A stretch of 63,774 nucleotides of DNA, counting the filler, from Octopus bimaculoides (Eukaryota), in assembly GCF_001194135.2 (NCBI RefSeq). It is 6 parts of 6 records of this genome, joined end to end, with 100 filler letters (N's around TTAATTAATTAA, not from the genome) between each part and the next. Parts side by side here need not be neighbours in the genome. Positions count along the whole stretch, not along the records: positions 1 to 20,177 come from NC_068983.1; 5 more parts are not named here. The stretch is one strand, 5' to 3'. Below, piece after piece: positions 1 through 13,561 of the stretch. The notes below the pieces were generated by a model, which searched no databases, was not told the origin of the DNA, and worked only from the letters and a program-made list of their open reading frames with translations. Each line of letters begins with the position of its first letter. Within the stretch, counting starts at the first letter, position 1. The translations under genes and the position numbers were made by a program.

Positions 1-5
1 ATATA

Positions 6-41
<36 letters not shown>

Positions 42-915
42 TATACACATACAACTTGCCTGGGGTATCAGTGTACATTCAGGTAAATCTCAAAGTAGCA
101 AGAGTTTGACTCGTCCAAAATAATATCTGTGCGCCTCTTGGATTATGAGAACTTCTGATACCCACACTGATTCACCAACGGATTTGAGAATGTTTCCTAA
201 TGCAAAGAAAATTGTCGAACCAAAACTGCTAGTATATATGTAGATGAATGTTGATTATTTAGTTAATTATATAGTTTGCAAATTAGGCACCTTCGTTTGG
301 GTAGACGAAAGCAATCAAAGTATAAGAATAGAAACTAATAATTGGAATGCATCTCGTATGTTATTAGAGAAGACATATACCTTACTTACAAACATACAAG
401 CATCTCCACACACATACACAAACATGAACTGGTCGGTTAGGTATTCAGTAATGATATGGCAATTTAATTATATTGATTAATAGTGAATATATGCTGTGTA
501 ACTGCTGCTGTATATTTCTGTTTGATGTAGTTTAACTGCAGGTGATCCCAGACTGAACAGACTTATTATGAAGAATATAATTTCAAACCTGCCCATCCTT
601 GTATTTCCTAAGTGCAGGGAACCGAGTACCATATCACCAAACATCATTTACTTTCTTAAATGATTGTTTTGGTTTTAGTATAGTTACCAATCAGATGTCT
701 GTTTAGATACTGTGTTGAATTTTCAGAAAGATTTGGCTACTATGGCTACCATGTCAAACAGCCGTATCGAAGCTAGAGACGTATAACAGAATGTTTCGAT
801 AAAAAAAAAGACAAGAAAAGAAAACGACGGTATGTTCTTTTAAATAAGCTTTTGCTGCTATCTCTGCCAGGTGATATGTCTGCAGTTGTATGTGTTTTGT
901 GTATGATGCATACGT

Positions 916-1248
916 GGAGGCGCAATGGCCCAGTGGTTAGTGCAACGGACTCGCGGTCATAAGATCGTGGTTTCGATTCCCAGTCCAAGCGTTGTGAGTG
1001 CTTATTGAGCGAAAACACCTAAGCTCCAGGGGATGGTGGTGAACCCTGCTGTACTCTTTCACCACAACTTTCTCTCACTCTTACTTCCTGTTTCTGTTGT
1101 GCCTGTAATTCAAAGGGTCAGCCCTGTCACACTGTGTCACGCTGAATATCCCCCGAGAACTTGCACGTTAATTTCACGAGCAGGCTGTTCCGTTGATCGG
1201 ATCAACTGGAATCCTCGTCGTCGTAAGCGACGGAGTGCCAACAACAAC
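916..1248 (+). mobile_element. tRNA-derived SINE (family S1), apparently full length, with candidate target-site duplication
   Basis: A-box-like TGGCCCAGTGG and B-box-like GGTTTCGATTCC head; 3' end GGAGTGCC(AAC)n; ATGATGCAT occurs at 903-911 and again at 1249-1257. The same 3' tail recurs inverted at 21527-21597. Confidence 0.8.
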
Positions 1249-1829
1249 ATGATGCATGCACTATTATTCTACTTGAGGTTTACTTTCCAGTCATCCTTAA
1301 TGTTATATTTATGATTAAATAAATTCCAGTCAGCCCTTTTACTGTCTTCCTATGTGTAGATCCAAGACCCTATCATTATAAGTTAGCTTGTGATTTCAGA
1401 GAAAATTCTCTGTCATACCTTACATGTTAATTGCCAAGTGAATTATTTATCTTTAGATCATATACGTTGGATATGCGAAATACCTATTTAATATTTCTAT
1501 TAGATTCAGTCACCTCATCGTGGTTAACCCATTGACACGTTACCTGAGTGTAGTTGTTTATATATTTGTGAATTCGCGGTGCATTGCATTTTGTTGTATT
1601 TTGTATCTTTTTAAGTATATTTCATTGCCTATATATGTGTGGTTCATATATTTTTGTTGTCTGTGTAAAAGGTCGCTGTGAAAGCAGGCAGGAGAAAGAA
1701 GCTTGACGAAATAAGCTAAGAGGAAATATATATTTATGAAAGAAATCGTACGGTAATTTGTTATTTCAAACGGAATCCATATATATAAATACGATGAGGA
1801 CAATGACGTAATATGATCACAGAGTAGTT

Positions 1830-2004
1830 GAGAGAGAGAGAGAGATGAAGAGAAAGATTTAGATAGAGAGAGAAAGAGGGATATTGAGACAGACAGAGAA
1901 AGAAAGGAATGCTGGTGGTGAGAAATGGGAGAAGAGGAATACTATTATGCTATGAAGTTGTAAATTTAGTTAAAGGAAGCGAGAGAGAGAGAGAGAGAGC
2001 GAGA

Positions 2005-2035
<31 letters not shown>

Positions 2036-2190
2036 TGAAAGAAATCGACAAATTGAATATATTTAGCGCTAGGTAATATGGTATATTTGAAAGAAGCAAA
2101 GAGAGGGAGGGAGATAGAGAGCGTGAGAGAATGAAAGAGCTGGGAGGAAGGTGGAGGAGTGAGAGGGATAGAATGGAAGGGAGTGAGCGT
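1830..2190. repeat. (GA)n/purine-rich microsatellite tract
   Basis: Long GA dinucleotide runs; explains the SLSLSL ORFs. Confidence 0.9.
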
Positions 2191-2634
2191 ACATGTTTGT
2201 GCTGTTGCATGATTTTAAGCGTCGTACGTTAAAATATTCTGTCAGACTGTCGGACAAGGAAAATAAAGATTTAGTTGTTGCTATCGGTGTTAAATGTTCA
2301 AACGTCTCTATTTTCTCTATCAATCTTTGTCATAAGTACTCGTCTACGTAAATAGAAGATACCAAGCTGGATAATTTGATCTATCGATGGAAATATTAAC
2401 AAACAACTGTGTAGACTTCTCTTTTTGTTCGGGACCAAAGGCTGTTGCCAGTCTAGAGTACCTCAATTATTCAGTTCCTTTTTGCTATTAATTAGGCTTT
2501 AATGCAGATCTGTATTGTCAGCCAAGTCAGACATATACATTGACAGAAAGGAAAGTGTATATGGTTGATAGATAAATAGACGGATAGGTAACAATATTGA
2601 TATGCAGGTAAATAAATAGGTTTGCAGATATATG

Positions 2635-2678
<44 letters not shown>

Positions 2679-2681
<3 letters not shown>

Positions 2682-3933
2682 GTGCACCCAAAAGTAACCG
2701 GAAACGTTCTCTGTGGGACAAAACCCTTGTAGTTTAGGTTTCCACTACTAGAAACAATTTGATGTGACGCTCAGGCATTAGTCTGCCGACCGGCGCTCTT
2801 CGGTCCAGTCGTACTTCCACGTGGTGCGTCTTTGTTTTGCAATGCTTCTCTCCTGTTTGTCAATGGCTGAAATGAACGAACGACGTCTTTCGCGAAATTC
2901 TGTTTACTGCTGGAGAAAGCGGCGGCCGAAACAGTTGTCATGCTTTAAACAGCTTACAAATACGTTGCCATGAGCAAAGCACAAGCTTACGAGTGGTTTT
3001 CACATTTTAGGAACAGTTACTTTTCGCTTGAAGATCAATCTCGTTCAGAGCGGCCGTCGACCACACCGAACGAATGAAAACAACACGAAAATTCATGAAA
3101 GACCGTCTCCGAACAAGTGGCGATTTTGTTGATATGACTGATGTGTCCTGGAGCTCCTGCCAACGAAATCTGAGCGATGAATTACGAATGAAAAGAGTTG
3201 CAGCAAAATTTGTGCCTCACTTGCTTATGGAAGATCAAAAGCAGTCACAACTGAATGTGTGTCATGAACTGAAAGTTGAGCCGCTTTCACAAAGGTCATC
3301 ACTGGGGACGAAAACTGGTCCTATGGCAACGACCCGAAAACGAATCAACGATCAAGTTAATGGGAGCATTCAATATCAACACGCCCAACCCCCAAAATGC
3401 GTGAAGTCCAATGTCGAAGCGATGCTGATTGTTCCATTGATGCAAAAGTAATTGTCCTCATAGTATTTGTTCCACCTTGTCAAACTGTTAACCAGGCATT
3501 TTAGTTGGTAGTTCTGAGGCCTTTGCGAGAGGAAAACGCTCTGATCACTGGCAAAGTGGAGAGTGGAGAGTGGTGGTTTCTTCATGACAATTCGCTTGCG
3601 TACACTGCCTTGAGTGTAAGACAGTTTTCGATCAAAAATGACATCGTTTATTCACCCTCCTTATTCATTCGGTCTTGCTTCCTGTAATTTCTGTTTACTC
3701 CCCCGGATGAAAAAAGTCTTTATGGAAAACGTTTTGCATATGTGAAAGAGGTGAACAAAAAACGACGGAGACGTTAAAAGGCATTCCTTCGCAAGAGTTC
3801 TAGAAGTGGAAAGCACATCTGGACCGATGCATTGCTTCAAATGGAGAATATTTTGAAGGCGATAAAAATGTAAACATGTAAAATTAAGTGAATAAAATAA
3901 TATTGGAAAATTCCGTTTTCTTTTGGGTACATA
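2679..3933 (+). mobile_element. Decayed mariner (Tc1/mariner) DNA transposon, near full length, inserted at a (TA)n tract
   Basis: Left end TA-AGGGTGCACCCAAAAGTAACCGGAA resembles the reverse complement of the right end TTCCGTTTTCTTTTGGGTACA. Frame-shifted transposase motifs: AKFCLLLEKAAAETVVML, YEWFSHF..SLEDQSRSERPST, AKFVPHLL, TGDENWSYGNDP, WFLHDNS. Confidence 0.9.
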
Positions 3934-4020
3934 TTCTCAAACTTTACCAACGTACTGTATTAGACTAATATTATAGTTATTTATACCTCCATATTACCTC
4001 GATTTCGATTTCTCTTACAG

Positions 4021-4070
4021 CTGTTCTTGACGGTGTGGATTTTTCCTTGGACGAAGAATTCGGAGTTTAA
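4021..4070 (+). CDS. Candidate orphan terminal coding exon (x-VLDGVDFSLDEEFGV*)
   Basis: Good acceptor TTTCTCTTACAG at 4020, phase-1 open frame to TAA at 4068-4070; no upstream partner exon identified. Confidence 0.25.
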
Positions 4071-4402
4071 ATATAAGTATTTTTTCAAAGTTGTTTAGGC
4101 TATTTACTTTCTGACGCACAACTCATCAAGTAACAGAGATATAAGAATAGAGCTTTCAGAATGTCTTCTTTCTGAGATTGTACCTTCGATATTACCCATG
4201 TGGATTTTTATACTATCTCAAGAATCAAATGCTTTTTCCATTTTATAATTTTCAGAATGACTATGGAATTTCCACAAGTTCGACTTATATAAATTAATCA
4301 CGCAGAATTAGACCAAATGTGATATTCAACCTAAATCAATATAAGTGTATTCAGGAACCAAAATGAGACAACACAATTGAAGAAAAGACAGGAAGAGAAA
4401 GG

Positions 4403-4456
<54 letters not shown>

Positions 4457-6322
4457 TGGGGAGATATGGTGCATTCAACAATGAAACTGTTTAACAGTAA
4501 TTAATTATATAATACGACTCGTGCAACGACTGGTGTGTATCTACTTTTGCATAGATGTAGTGATCTCTGTTGCTACGATTTAGATTCTGAGTTCATCTAA
4601 GAAGAGAATACCTAGATAAAAGCGTTTTTAATTATATCGGGAATACCACATGTGTTAATAATGCTTAAATAATGTGGATGAAACCCAGGAATATTTTATC
4701 AAAATTATTATTTCCTAAGATGTTGTATTATAATTATAATTATAGTTAAGGCAGGGAGGACTGTCGTTTCAAACTGGGTAGATTGCAAGTACACATCTGC
4801 TTGGTAAGGCTCTAATTAAAAGACGTTGCAACTATTTATATCAATTCGAAGGATTAAATAGAAATTCATTTTTGACTCGTTGCGAGCACTAAGTACTCAG
4901 TATTCATGCGGAATAGTAGCGCTTTGTATGATGCTGCGTTTAGAAGGATATGTTTATGACATATTTATATGTTTGTTGCTCGATGTAAGAAGAAACGGCT
5001 TGAAAGCAAATGTATCAACGGAGCTTGAAAATAATCGTAATTTTAGAACATTTGAAATGGAATTAAATAAATCCAGCTGGTTTTACTTGGGCAATGTAAA
5101 CAATATCTCTGAGGGAAATCAACGTCGAATTTTGCACATGCGCGGTAAAAACGGCGGAAATTACGACGTATACAAAAAAATTGCAAGGTATATTGGAATG
5201 CACATTTTGCAGCAAGGCAGTGAGTTGAAGATTGGGAAAAGGAGAAAAAAGGGAGGGAGAGAAATATTGACTAAGAGAGAGTGGTGAATTGTGCGTTCAA
5301 CGGTGATATTGATTTTATATATGGTTATTAATCAGCGAATCTCGGTCGTGCCTCTTCTGGCGTGTGGTCTGTATGCATGTAATGTTATTCTTGTTGCTGT
5401 AGTTTACTCGCAGGTGAACCCTACATAGACAGGCGTAGGGTGAATTTTATTCTAGTTTTGATAATACAACTTTTTTGGTTTTCTTTTCTGCAGGGATCCT
5501 TGGGCCTTATTGTCAAAAGCATCTGTTTTTAGAACTTTAGATTGCGGTTTCAGTGATCTTTCCAATTTATAGCAAGGTCCTCATACTTTGAACATAACAG
5601 AATAAATAACCGAACACTGGTTCCATGTTAGAGATCTTCCACAAGTGCAGTTGAATATAGATGTGTGTATTTTTTACAGTCTGCACCTGTGTACATATAT
5701 TGTATTTTATTCATGTGTGTGTGTGTGGATGAGTGTGTAGTTGTCCCTATGAAACGACATTCTGAAAGCAAACATGAGATCGGTGCTTCAAGATGCGAAA
5801 TTGAACGAAAGAAATATTAATGGAAGAACGAACCGAAATTTTAATTTCAGGATATTTGAACTGGAAAGAAATTAATCAAGCTAGGCTAACACAAATTTAT
5901 TCTCCAAACTATGTAATCTCGCCGTCAAATTCATGATTTATGTGTGTGGTTCATATTGAAAACACTAATGATACATTGGGCATAAAATAAACTTCGACAA
6001 TTTCCTGTTGACCATTCATTTAAAACAGACACAGCTGCGTACTACACGACACAGCATGGAAATATACTGAATAAAACATTGTTTATAATACAATCATATT
6101 ATTTAAAATTCATCAGAGAACTGAAAGTTACACATCAAAAATGAACAAATACATCACCCTGGTAAGATGCTAAGAAGCAACTAATAGTTGAATGTAATTT
6201 CAAAATAATTGTTCAAATGCTATTATCTTACTATGATGATTTGAAAAACAACGCAAGGTCGCTTTCGATCTTGTCAAAAGATGGGAGTAATAAGACACAG
6301 TGCAAAGATTAATTTCTTTCAG

Positions 6323-6383
6323 ATTGCATTCAATATAGAAGATCTAGAAACATCGACAGGACCAGAAACATCATTGTTCCAAG
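6323..6383 (+). other. Exon-like segment (coding status unknown)
   Basis: Acceptor AATTTCTTTCAG and donor CAAG|GTAAAC bound 61 nt that are open in two frames; no recognisable product. Confidence 0.2.
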
Positions 6384-8129
6384 GTAAACTTTAGTAAGTA
6401 AAAAAAAAAAAGGAAAATGTTTCATAAGAAAATAATACTAAAGAAAACCATCGCTATTCGACTTTCAAATCGTTGAGGAAAATGTTATTTCTCATATATT
6501 ACATATACATACACACACATACATACGCAGGTACGTACATACATACATACATATACATACACACACATATATATTCATATGTATATACTCACGTTTATAT
6601 AAATATATGCATATGTGTGTGTGTGTTTGTGCGCGTGTGTGTACATGTACATGTATGTATAAATACAAATAGACTCATGTACACGCTTGCACATACATAT
6701 ATACGCTTGTACTTTTATACATGTATGAGACTGACTTTGTTTATGTAAGACTATGGTAGCCAAGTAGTGTACGTAGTTTAGAGAATAATCAAAACGAAAT
6801 GTAAAAGTGATTGAAAAGAAAGTAGCTTTAGAAGATATACAATAATATCCAAGAAAAATCTATAAACACCCATATAATTTGCTATTTAAACTAACATAGT
6901 TTGAAGAACAACGCGTATAGAAGCAAAATAAATGGATATGATAGAAATACTAATATTATTGATTATAAATTTTAATTTCAGAGACTGCCTAAATACTTGC
7001 ATTATTACAGTAGAAATTCACTGGTGTATTGTATGGATATATTCAACCATTTAACCAGTGGGTCAGGTATTCAGTATGAATCGCATACATTTCCTTCCTG
7101 AAGCAAACAATTGACTGTCTTATTAAGAATTCAGAATTCTATAGCTATTGTTTCGAATATGGTATGAAAACAAACGATTGGTTATGTGTATTCTAATTTC
7201 CATGTAGCGTATTGCTTTGCAAACATTACTTTATTTACTTATTTCGCTTGATGTAGTTTCTTGTTCAGGAAACCAATGCAATGTTCATACTGTCTTCCAT
7301 GTATCTATGTATTCAGTTGAGATGAACGCAGGTTAGCGGACAAATATAACTGTTTAATCAATGAAACAAACGCTTATGGCTATTATCTTTCATAAAATGT
7401 TTAGTGTAAGATGAGAAGCGTATATTGTATTCATTCGAAGACTCCCAAGGGTCAATAACATTTAAATTGATCGGTCTTCTTTTCTCTTTTCTCTTAGCAC
7501 CACACTGTGAATCACATTAAGTCAGGCGTAAATGCCAGAACCACAATCCGTGTCTTCCTCCAGATTAACACAATATTTTTATAGACAAAGCAGGAATGAA
7601 TATATGAATAAACAATGCCAGTCCATAAAATAATAAGATACATCGGATGACATGGAAACGGTAAGGGGGTGCAACAATACAGAGAAATGAATGAATATTA
7701 CAAGCTATGAATGTGTCTATATTCAACCACTGAAAATATGATTCTAATAATTGATTCTCTTTTTGTCTCTACCGAATCCGAAGTAAAATATTTATGATAT
7801 ATTACAAACCACTGCCCCCTGTTCCTTGTATATATGATTTCTTTTACTGGCGTAATATATTATACATTTCTTATCTGAAATAATTATTTCCCATAGGATC
7901 CCATAGGCATGAATCGTAATTATAACATAACATATATTAGATGCTAATGGATTTAGGGTTTTGCAAGTATTGCTACAATCTTAGGGAAATTAATTCAATG
8001 TAGACATGAATATTATGTTTAGCATATAGTAATTCTTAAGGAACAACGTATGCGATGGTGTGAAGTGCGTTCTCTCTGAATAATTACCGTTGAATAATAT
8101 GGTATGGAATAGAATGTATATGATATCAT

Positions 8130-8155
8130 AACATATCATATCATATCATATCATA

Positions 8156-8191
<36 letters not shown>

Positions 8192-8229
8192 CTCTATCTC
8201 TCTATCTATCTATCTATCTATCTATCTAC
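8130..8229. repeat. (ATATC)n and (TCTA)n microsatellite
   Basis: Direct reading. Confidence 0.9.
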
Positions 8230-8735
8230 TGTTGCTACCACCATGGTAGCAACAGTATGTATTTTTATCTATTTATCCGTATCCTGAATTATCTGGAAAT
8301 ATGGTAGTCAACAATTATCATAATTTCTCTTTATCACATCACTAGGTTCTTATGGAAAAATAATGAAATAAATTATAACTTTTAAAAATAAGCATGTATT
8401 ACCGTGATACAAAATTAATTAAAGCAGGTTTCTCATTTGAGTAACTCCTAACATAATTACTCTGTCAGTTACTCCCTCTCCTTCCCTGTCAACTACCCTC
8501 TTCTCCTTTTACTTATTATTCTTTCTGCCTAGGGTGTAGTATTCAACTACTCATTGCCTGCTATGGAGCCTAGTACGTGCATTAATCCTGTACATCTTAT
8601 GCTGATTATATATCTTTCTTTTACTCTTATTCTACATATCGGTATATGATGTAAAACACGAGTAGAGAAATGAACCAACTAAAGAACCAACGTGAAAACA
8701 TTTTTTATCGGCTACTATGATTGAGATATGTTGGT

Positions 8736-8897
8736 TTATACGTTTGTGAGTGTATGTGTACGCAAGAAAAATTGTATACTCATAATGCATAAAATCCGAC
8801 AGACGCAAGGATATAAATTTAAAATACGGAAGCAAAATTGCTTCCACGATGACACTCCACCTGCCTCATATTGTCGGTAGATCTCCTCCATCAATTT
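8736..8897 (-). CDS. Candidate exon of unknown - strand gene (KLMEEIYRQYEAG...)
   Basis: Very strong acceptor TTTTTTTTTTCCTCTCTCTCTTTCACAACAG ending at 8898; frame 0 is open to TAA at 8736. A possible internal donor GCAG|GTGGAG would end the exon at 8861. Confidence 0.3.
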   Translation of the reverse strand, partial: KLMEEIYRQYEAGGVSSWKQFCFRILNLYPCVCRILCIMSIQFFLRTHTLTNV

Positions 8898-9587
8898 CTG
8901 TTGTGAAAGAGAGAGAGGAAAAAAAAAACAGGTTGTGCGTTGAACAATGTGAACGGTGGCTCAACGTACACGGAGAAATAAGAACTTCGGTCATGTACGT
9001 AATATTTTTGAACACAAGTGTACTCAATCAAAGCTGATATGGAACGGAATATATTTATTTTGAAAGTATTATACATTATGTATTATATATTACACATTGA
9101 ACGTATCATAGACTTCTCCCTCTCTCTCTGATTTTTCTCACTCTCTCTCTTTCTCTCTGTTTAATTTTCCTCTTTCTGTCCTCCCTGTGTCTACATAATA
9201 TTCAAAATACATATGTAAGATTATGTGCATATTGCATATCGTCATGCTACATGCGACTTTTTTACAGACGCATACCTGCGTTACTGGTGTGCGTTGTATT
9301 ACATCACTGAAATACCGCCAAACGCCTTTCTTTTTGTTCTATCTTATTGTTTGTTTGATATTTATTCAATATATGCAATAGAACTATTGAAATTTAGGTT
9401 TCTCCAATCTAAATATATACTGGCTGGAGCATATCATTCTGTCGATCCGTTATGCATAGGTTATGCCCGCTGAAATGTGCCTGTACTCATTCGTAACAGT
9501 ATTTACGCTTTGCGGATGGAGTTGCGCGAACGTAGAGCTCTCATCTTTCTGGGCGGCTAGTGTTGTAAGTATTGTTGTAACTAGTTG

Positions 9588-9680
9588 CCAAACCAGACTG
9601 GAGCCTGGTACAGCTCCACAGCTTGCTAGTTATGGTCAAAGCGCCCAACCCATGGATGACAGACGTTAAATGATGATGAT
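9588..9680 (+). mobile_element. RTE-type LINE/SINE 3' tail fragment with (GAT)n end
   Basis: ...CCCAACCCATGG..AGACGTTAAATGATGATGAT, similar to the better copies at 20278, 30401 and 39478. Confidence 0.6.
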
Positions 9681-11034
9681 ATACATCTCATATGTCACAC
9701 AGACATATGACAATAAGTCAATCTCCCCTCATTAAGGGTAAGTTGAAGCTCTATGTGAAGATAAACAGCGTTTTATCAATATATTTATTTATATGTATGT
9801 GTATGTATATATGTGTTATATATGTGTGTGTTTGTGTGTCTGGGTATGTGTGTGCATATTTCTGAGTTGGTAGTGCATGCCACCATGCATATACATCTTG
9901 CTGCATATATATGTGCACCTGTGTATTTTTAATGCATACTACCATGTTCATGCATCTTGCGATTAAATTATTCGCTGAATACTATGTAAATAAGATACTT
10001 CGGCTGAAATGTTAGACTCTCCGAACAGCCATTTCCATTAAGTGGGAGAAACTTAAACATCTATAGGTTGGTGTAGCTACGTTGGAACGTATGACAGGTT
10101 AGTAAATATACACTGATGTGTTAGTAAGCAAACATGTATCTTTTTATCATTTACACCATGAGGATTAAAGTATTGATAAAAATAACTAATAGTTTGTGCA
10201 ACCGATTAATCAAGAGTCGATTAGTTAATTGTTTAACCAGTTATCTGATAACAATTAAAGGTGTGAAATGCGCCCTAAGCCTGTGTTTCTTATTCACACA
10301 ATAACCAATTTTTAGATACATAATTATTATGCAACGAGGAAATAATGCACAGCAATATTAAGCAGGTGAGACCCTCAATAACAAGAGTTTTATTATCTCG
10401 ATACCGCCTTTTACTAGCGACTATCATTTATAGCAGGTGTATACATATCACACAGAAACGAATTTTATTCGCTTTCTCTTTTTTCTTAAAGTGATATGTG
10501 ATGCATCAACATATAATGTAAGATTGAATATAAATAAATGAGAAAAAAATCTTCTCCCACAAAAGGTGCAGAATAAACTAAATATCATGATTTTATTTTA
10601 AATAAATGTTGACATATCTTTTCTTATCTGAAACCTGAAATATCAGTGAAATCAGATGTAGTGTCTTGAAAAAATATTTGCAAAACTAACACCTTGGAAT
10701 TTGCTGTTAGTTTTCTATGATTGTTTCGTTGTGATTTATCATGTTTATATTGAATTGTTGTCATTTTCTTTTATCATTACTCATAAATCCGTGTCAAATT
10801 GCACTATATAAACAGAATATCACTGTAAAGTATAACATCACGTACACGTTTATGAATGTAGATATCTAGATAATTAGTTTTCAATCTAAAGTTATGTATA
10901 TATAAATAATAAATATATGTCTTAATATAAAAAAAAACTATAAGAAATATGTGCATGTGAATGTGTGTGAGTGTGTGTGTGTGTGTGTATACATATATAT
11001 ACAATTATCTCTCTATATATACATATGCATATAT

Positions 11035-11075
<41 letters not shown>

Positions 11076-11169
11076 NNNNNNNNNNNNNNNNNNNNNNNNN
11101 NNNNNNNNNNNNNNNNNNNNNNNNNNNNNNNNNNNNNNNNNNNNNNNNNNNNNNNNNNNNNNNNNNNNN

Positions 11170-11209
<40 letters not shown>

Positions 11210-11698
11210 TGTATCTGTCTATCTATCTAGTAATATCTTTATATTTACACACACACAAACACATGCGATGTATATTTCTGCGATAGTAATATGATACATA
11301 TATGATAACAACATAAACAGCTGGGTAAGTGGGGAAAATTGAGGCGTGAAAACAGAAAAAAATAATAATAATAAAACATATTAAAGTAAAATGACACCAC
11401 AAAACAAATAAAAGATGGACAATATTTAAAATATACGGTTTACAGAAATGGAAAATTCAGAAGTAACAATACGGAAAGCAATGAATTGTATCAATACATA
11501 AAATGTATGGAATGAAATAATACACTGAAGTGTCGAATAACACTGAGCAAACATTAATATGGAAAAATGCAATCTGATATTTAGTTTTGCGATACTTGAT
11601 GTTATATCTGCATGAATATCAGAGAGGGTGCAGATTTCGCGAACGCCTTCAAAGTAGTGTTATTTTTGAGGAATAAACTGTACATCGTTGGGCAATAC

Positions 11699-11781
11699 CT
11701 GATGAATTTTTCGTGAAGAAGCGTTTGTGGATCTCTCATGCCGCTGTATATTCACAAATACGATTGGGGCATGATCCAGTT
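11699..11781 (-). CDS. Candidate exon 3 of unknown - strand gene (KLDHAPIVFVNIQRHERSTNASSRKIHQ)
   Basis: Phase 1 to 0, compatible with both flanking candidates; donor CAG|GTATTG; the acceptor (GCATAG) is weak. Confidence 0.2.
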
Positions 11782-11999
11782 CTATGCGCATGCTTAGATT
11801 TATAAACATATATAAAGTCTCATAAACGTGTACCAAAAACGATACATATATGACAGATATATAAGATTATAACTTTAGAACTAAAGTTTAGCGGCGCCAT
11901 ATCTAGCATGAGCAGTTATTCTGTGCTGACGAATGGAAATAACTCAGAAATCGCGGTACGCAGATATTGCTCGGTGCTCAGTGGGGACGCTAAACTCAC

Positions 12000-12059
12000 T
12001 TCTTCGAAAATATAAAGACACAGGTGGTATGTCGTATAACCAGCTGGAGACGATTTTTC
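12000..12059 (-). CDS. Candidate exon 2 of unknown - strand gene (GKIVSSWLYDIPPVSLYFRR)
   Basis: Acceptor TTTTACTTTTATTTGGTTCCAG and donor GAA|GTGAGT; 60 nt, phase 1 to 1. Confidence 0.35.
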
Positions 12060-12381
12060 CTGGAACCAAATAAAAGTAAAATTTGTCGTAACTAGGACTG
12101 CCACATTATGTTGGCAAATAATCTTTACTCTAGAACACTATATATGTATATGGGTGTGAGTATATATATATATATATATATATATACAACTGTTAATGTA
12201 TTAGTCTTACTTGTAAAAGGTATAGCTGTCGCTCCAAAAAATCCTTACTATTTTGTTATAGTTTTGGGTGGCACCCCAGGACATTCGAGAGCAAAATACA
12301 GCGAGCGGGACTTACTGAAATACACGCCTGACGAAAAATTGCCTTTAATTTTCTTAGACGTGTAGTTCGTCGTATGCTCAC

Positions 12382-12385
12382 CCAT
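12382..12385 (-). CDS. Candidate start exon end (ATG G|GTGAGC) of unknown - strand gene
   Basis: Kozak-like GCCATGG followed directly by donor GTGAGC in a CpG-richer patch. An alternative donor at 12316 (GTAAGT) has the same phase. Confidence 0.3.
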
Positions 12386-13171
12386 GGCACATGCGGCCCG
12401 CTTTTCGAAAGAGGATGCCCGTGTCTGTATTATCTAGTGTCTAGATCATGCTATAGTAACGAGTAAAATTCGTGACATATTTTAAATAATGCGGTGACTT
12501 GACAGTAAATAAATGCGTTAAATTGGTAAAGCTGCATTGATGTGCAGTGATTTGAGGCAGTTAAATGAAAATTTTACTGCTAGACCCCTAAATGCAGTGT
12601 GCTGTTAGATCCATGATTCTGTATATGATCGATTAATGGGTAAGCTGAAAGAGAGACAATTTAACGTTGAAGCTATACTGTGCTAATACCCAATGCAAGG
12701 TCGATGTGTTATTTAACTCCTGATAATTGAACAACAGCGGTGACTGAAATCGTTATATCAAAGAAAATTAATGGAAACATCGAGAAAATATAATTATTCT
12801 TCGGTTATCTCTGTTTTGCAAATACATGAAACCTAATACTAATGAGCCTCAATTAATTAAGATCCCTTAACCAGAAATTCTTAATTAGCAAGCGCTTAGT
12901 AATATATTGATATACTGGATATGAACGAGATAATTTAAATTAAATTCATATATATCTGTGTTACTTAGATAAACCAATATATTTAATGGGCCTAAAAGAC
13001 AATTAATTATATCTATACACATGGCAACCGCATTATCAGATTTGGTAGTCTTAATCATTAGCTCAAGGATCAAAAGCGAATTTAGATTCATTATGCTACC
13101 CACGACTTTATACTCCAATTATTACGTTTCAATGTCTTTTATATCAGTGTGTGTATATAGACACATAAATA

Positions 13172-13210
<39 letters not shown>

Positions 13211-13281
13211 CAAAACAGTCATGGTTTGNNNNNNNNNNNNNNNNNNNNNNNNNNNNNNNNNNNNNNNNNNNNNNNNNNNNN

Positions 13282-13316
<35 letters not shown>

Positions 13317-13516
13317 CACGTATGTTTGTATATATGTATGCCCGCGTGTGTAAAATACAGCATGCATTGCAGAACGAGGCCAATTATAAGTTGAGTTTTT
13401 AAAGCCTTTCAGGTGAAACTTAAAAATCTTGCATATGAACATTGGTATATTTCTAAAACAATAAAGATTATTGTGAAAGTGTGCAATTCCTCAGATTATA
13501 CATAAATGCATACATG

Positions 13517-13561
<45 letters not shown>

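Noticed and set aside
727-829. Exon-like segment ending GACG|GTATGT with a basic KKKDKKRKR stretch
   Set aside because: All frames from the main acceptor contain stops; the alternative acceptor is weak and the region overlaps repeat-like sequence.
4880-5287. 135-aa ORF in a GC-richer patch
   Set aside because: TTG start, no recognisable domain, and no convincing splice boundaries.
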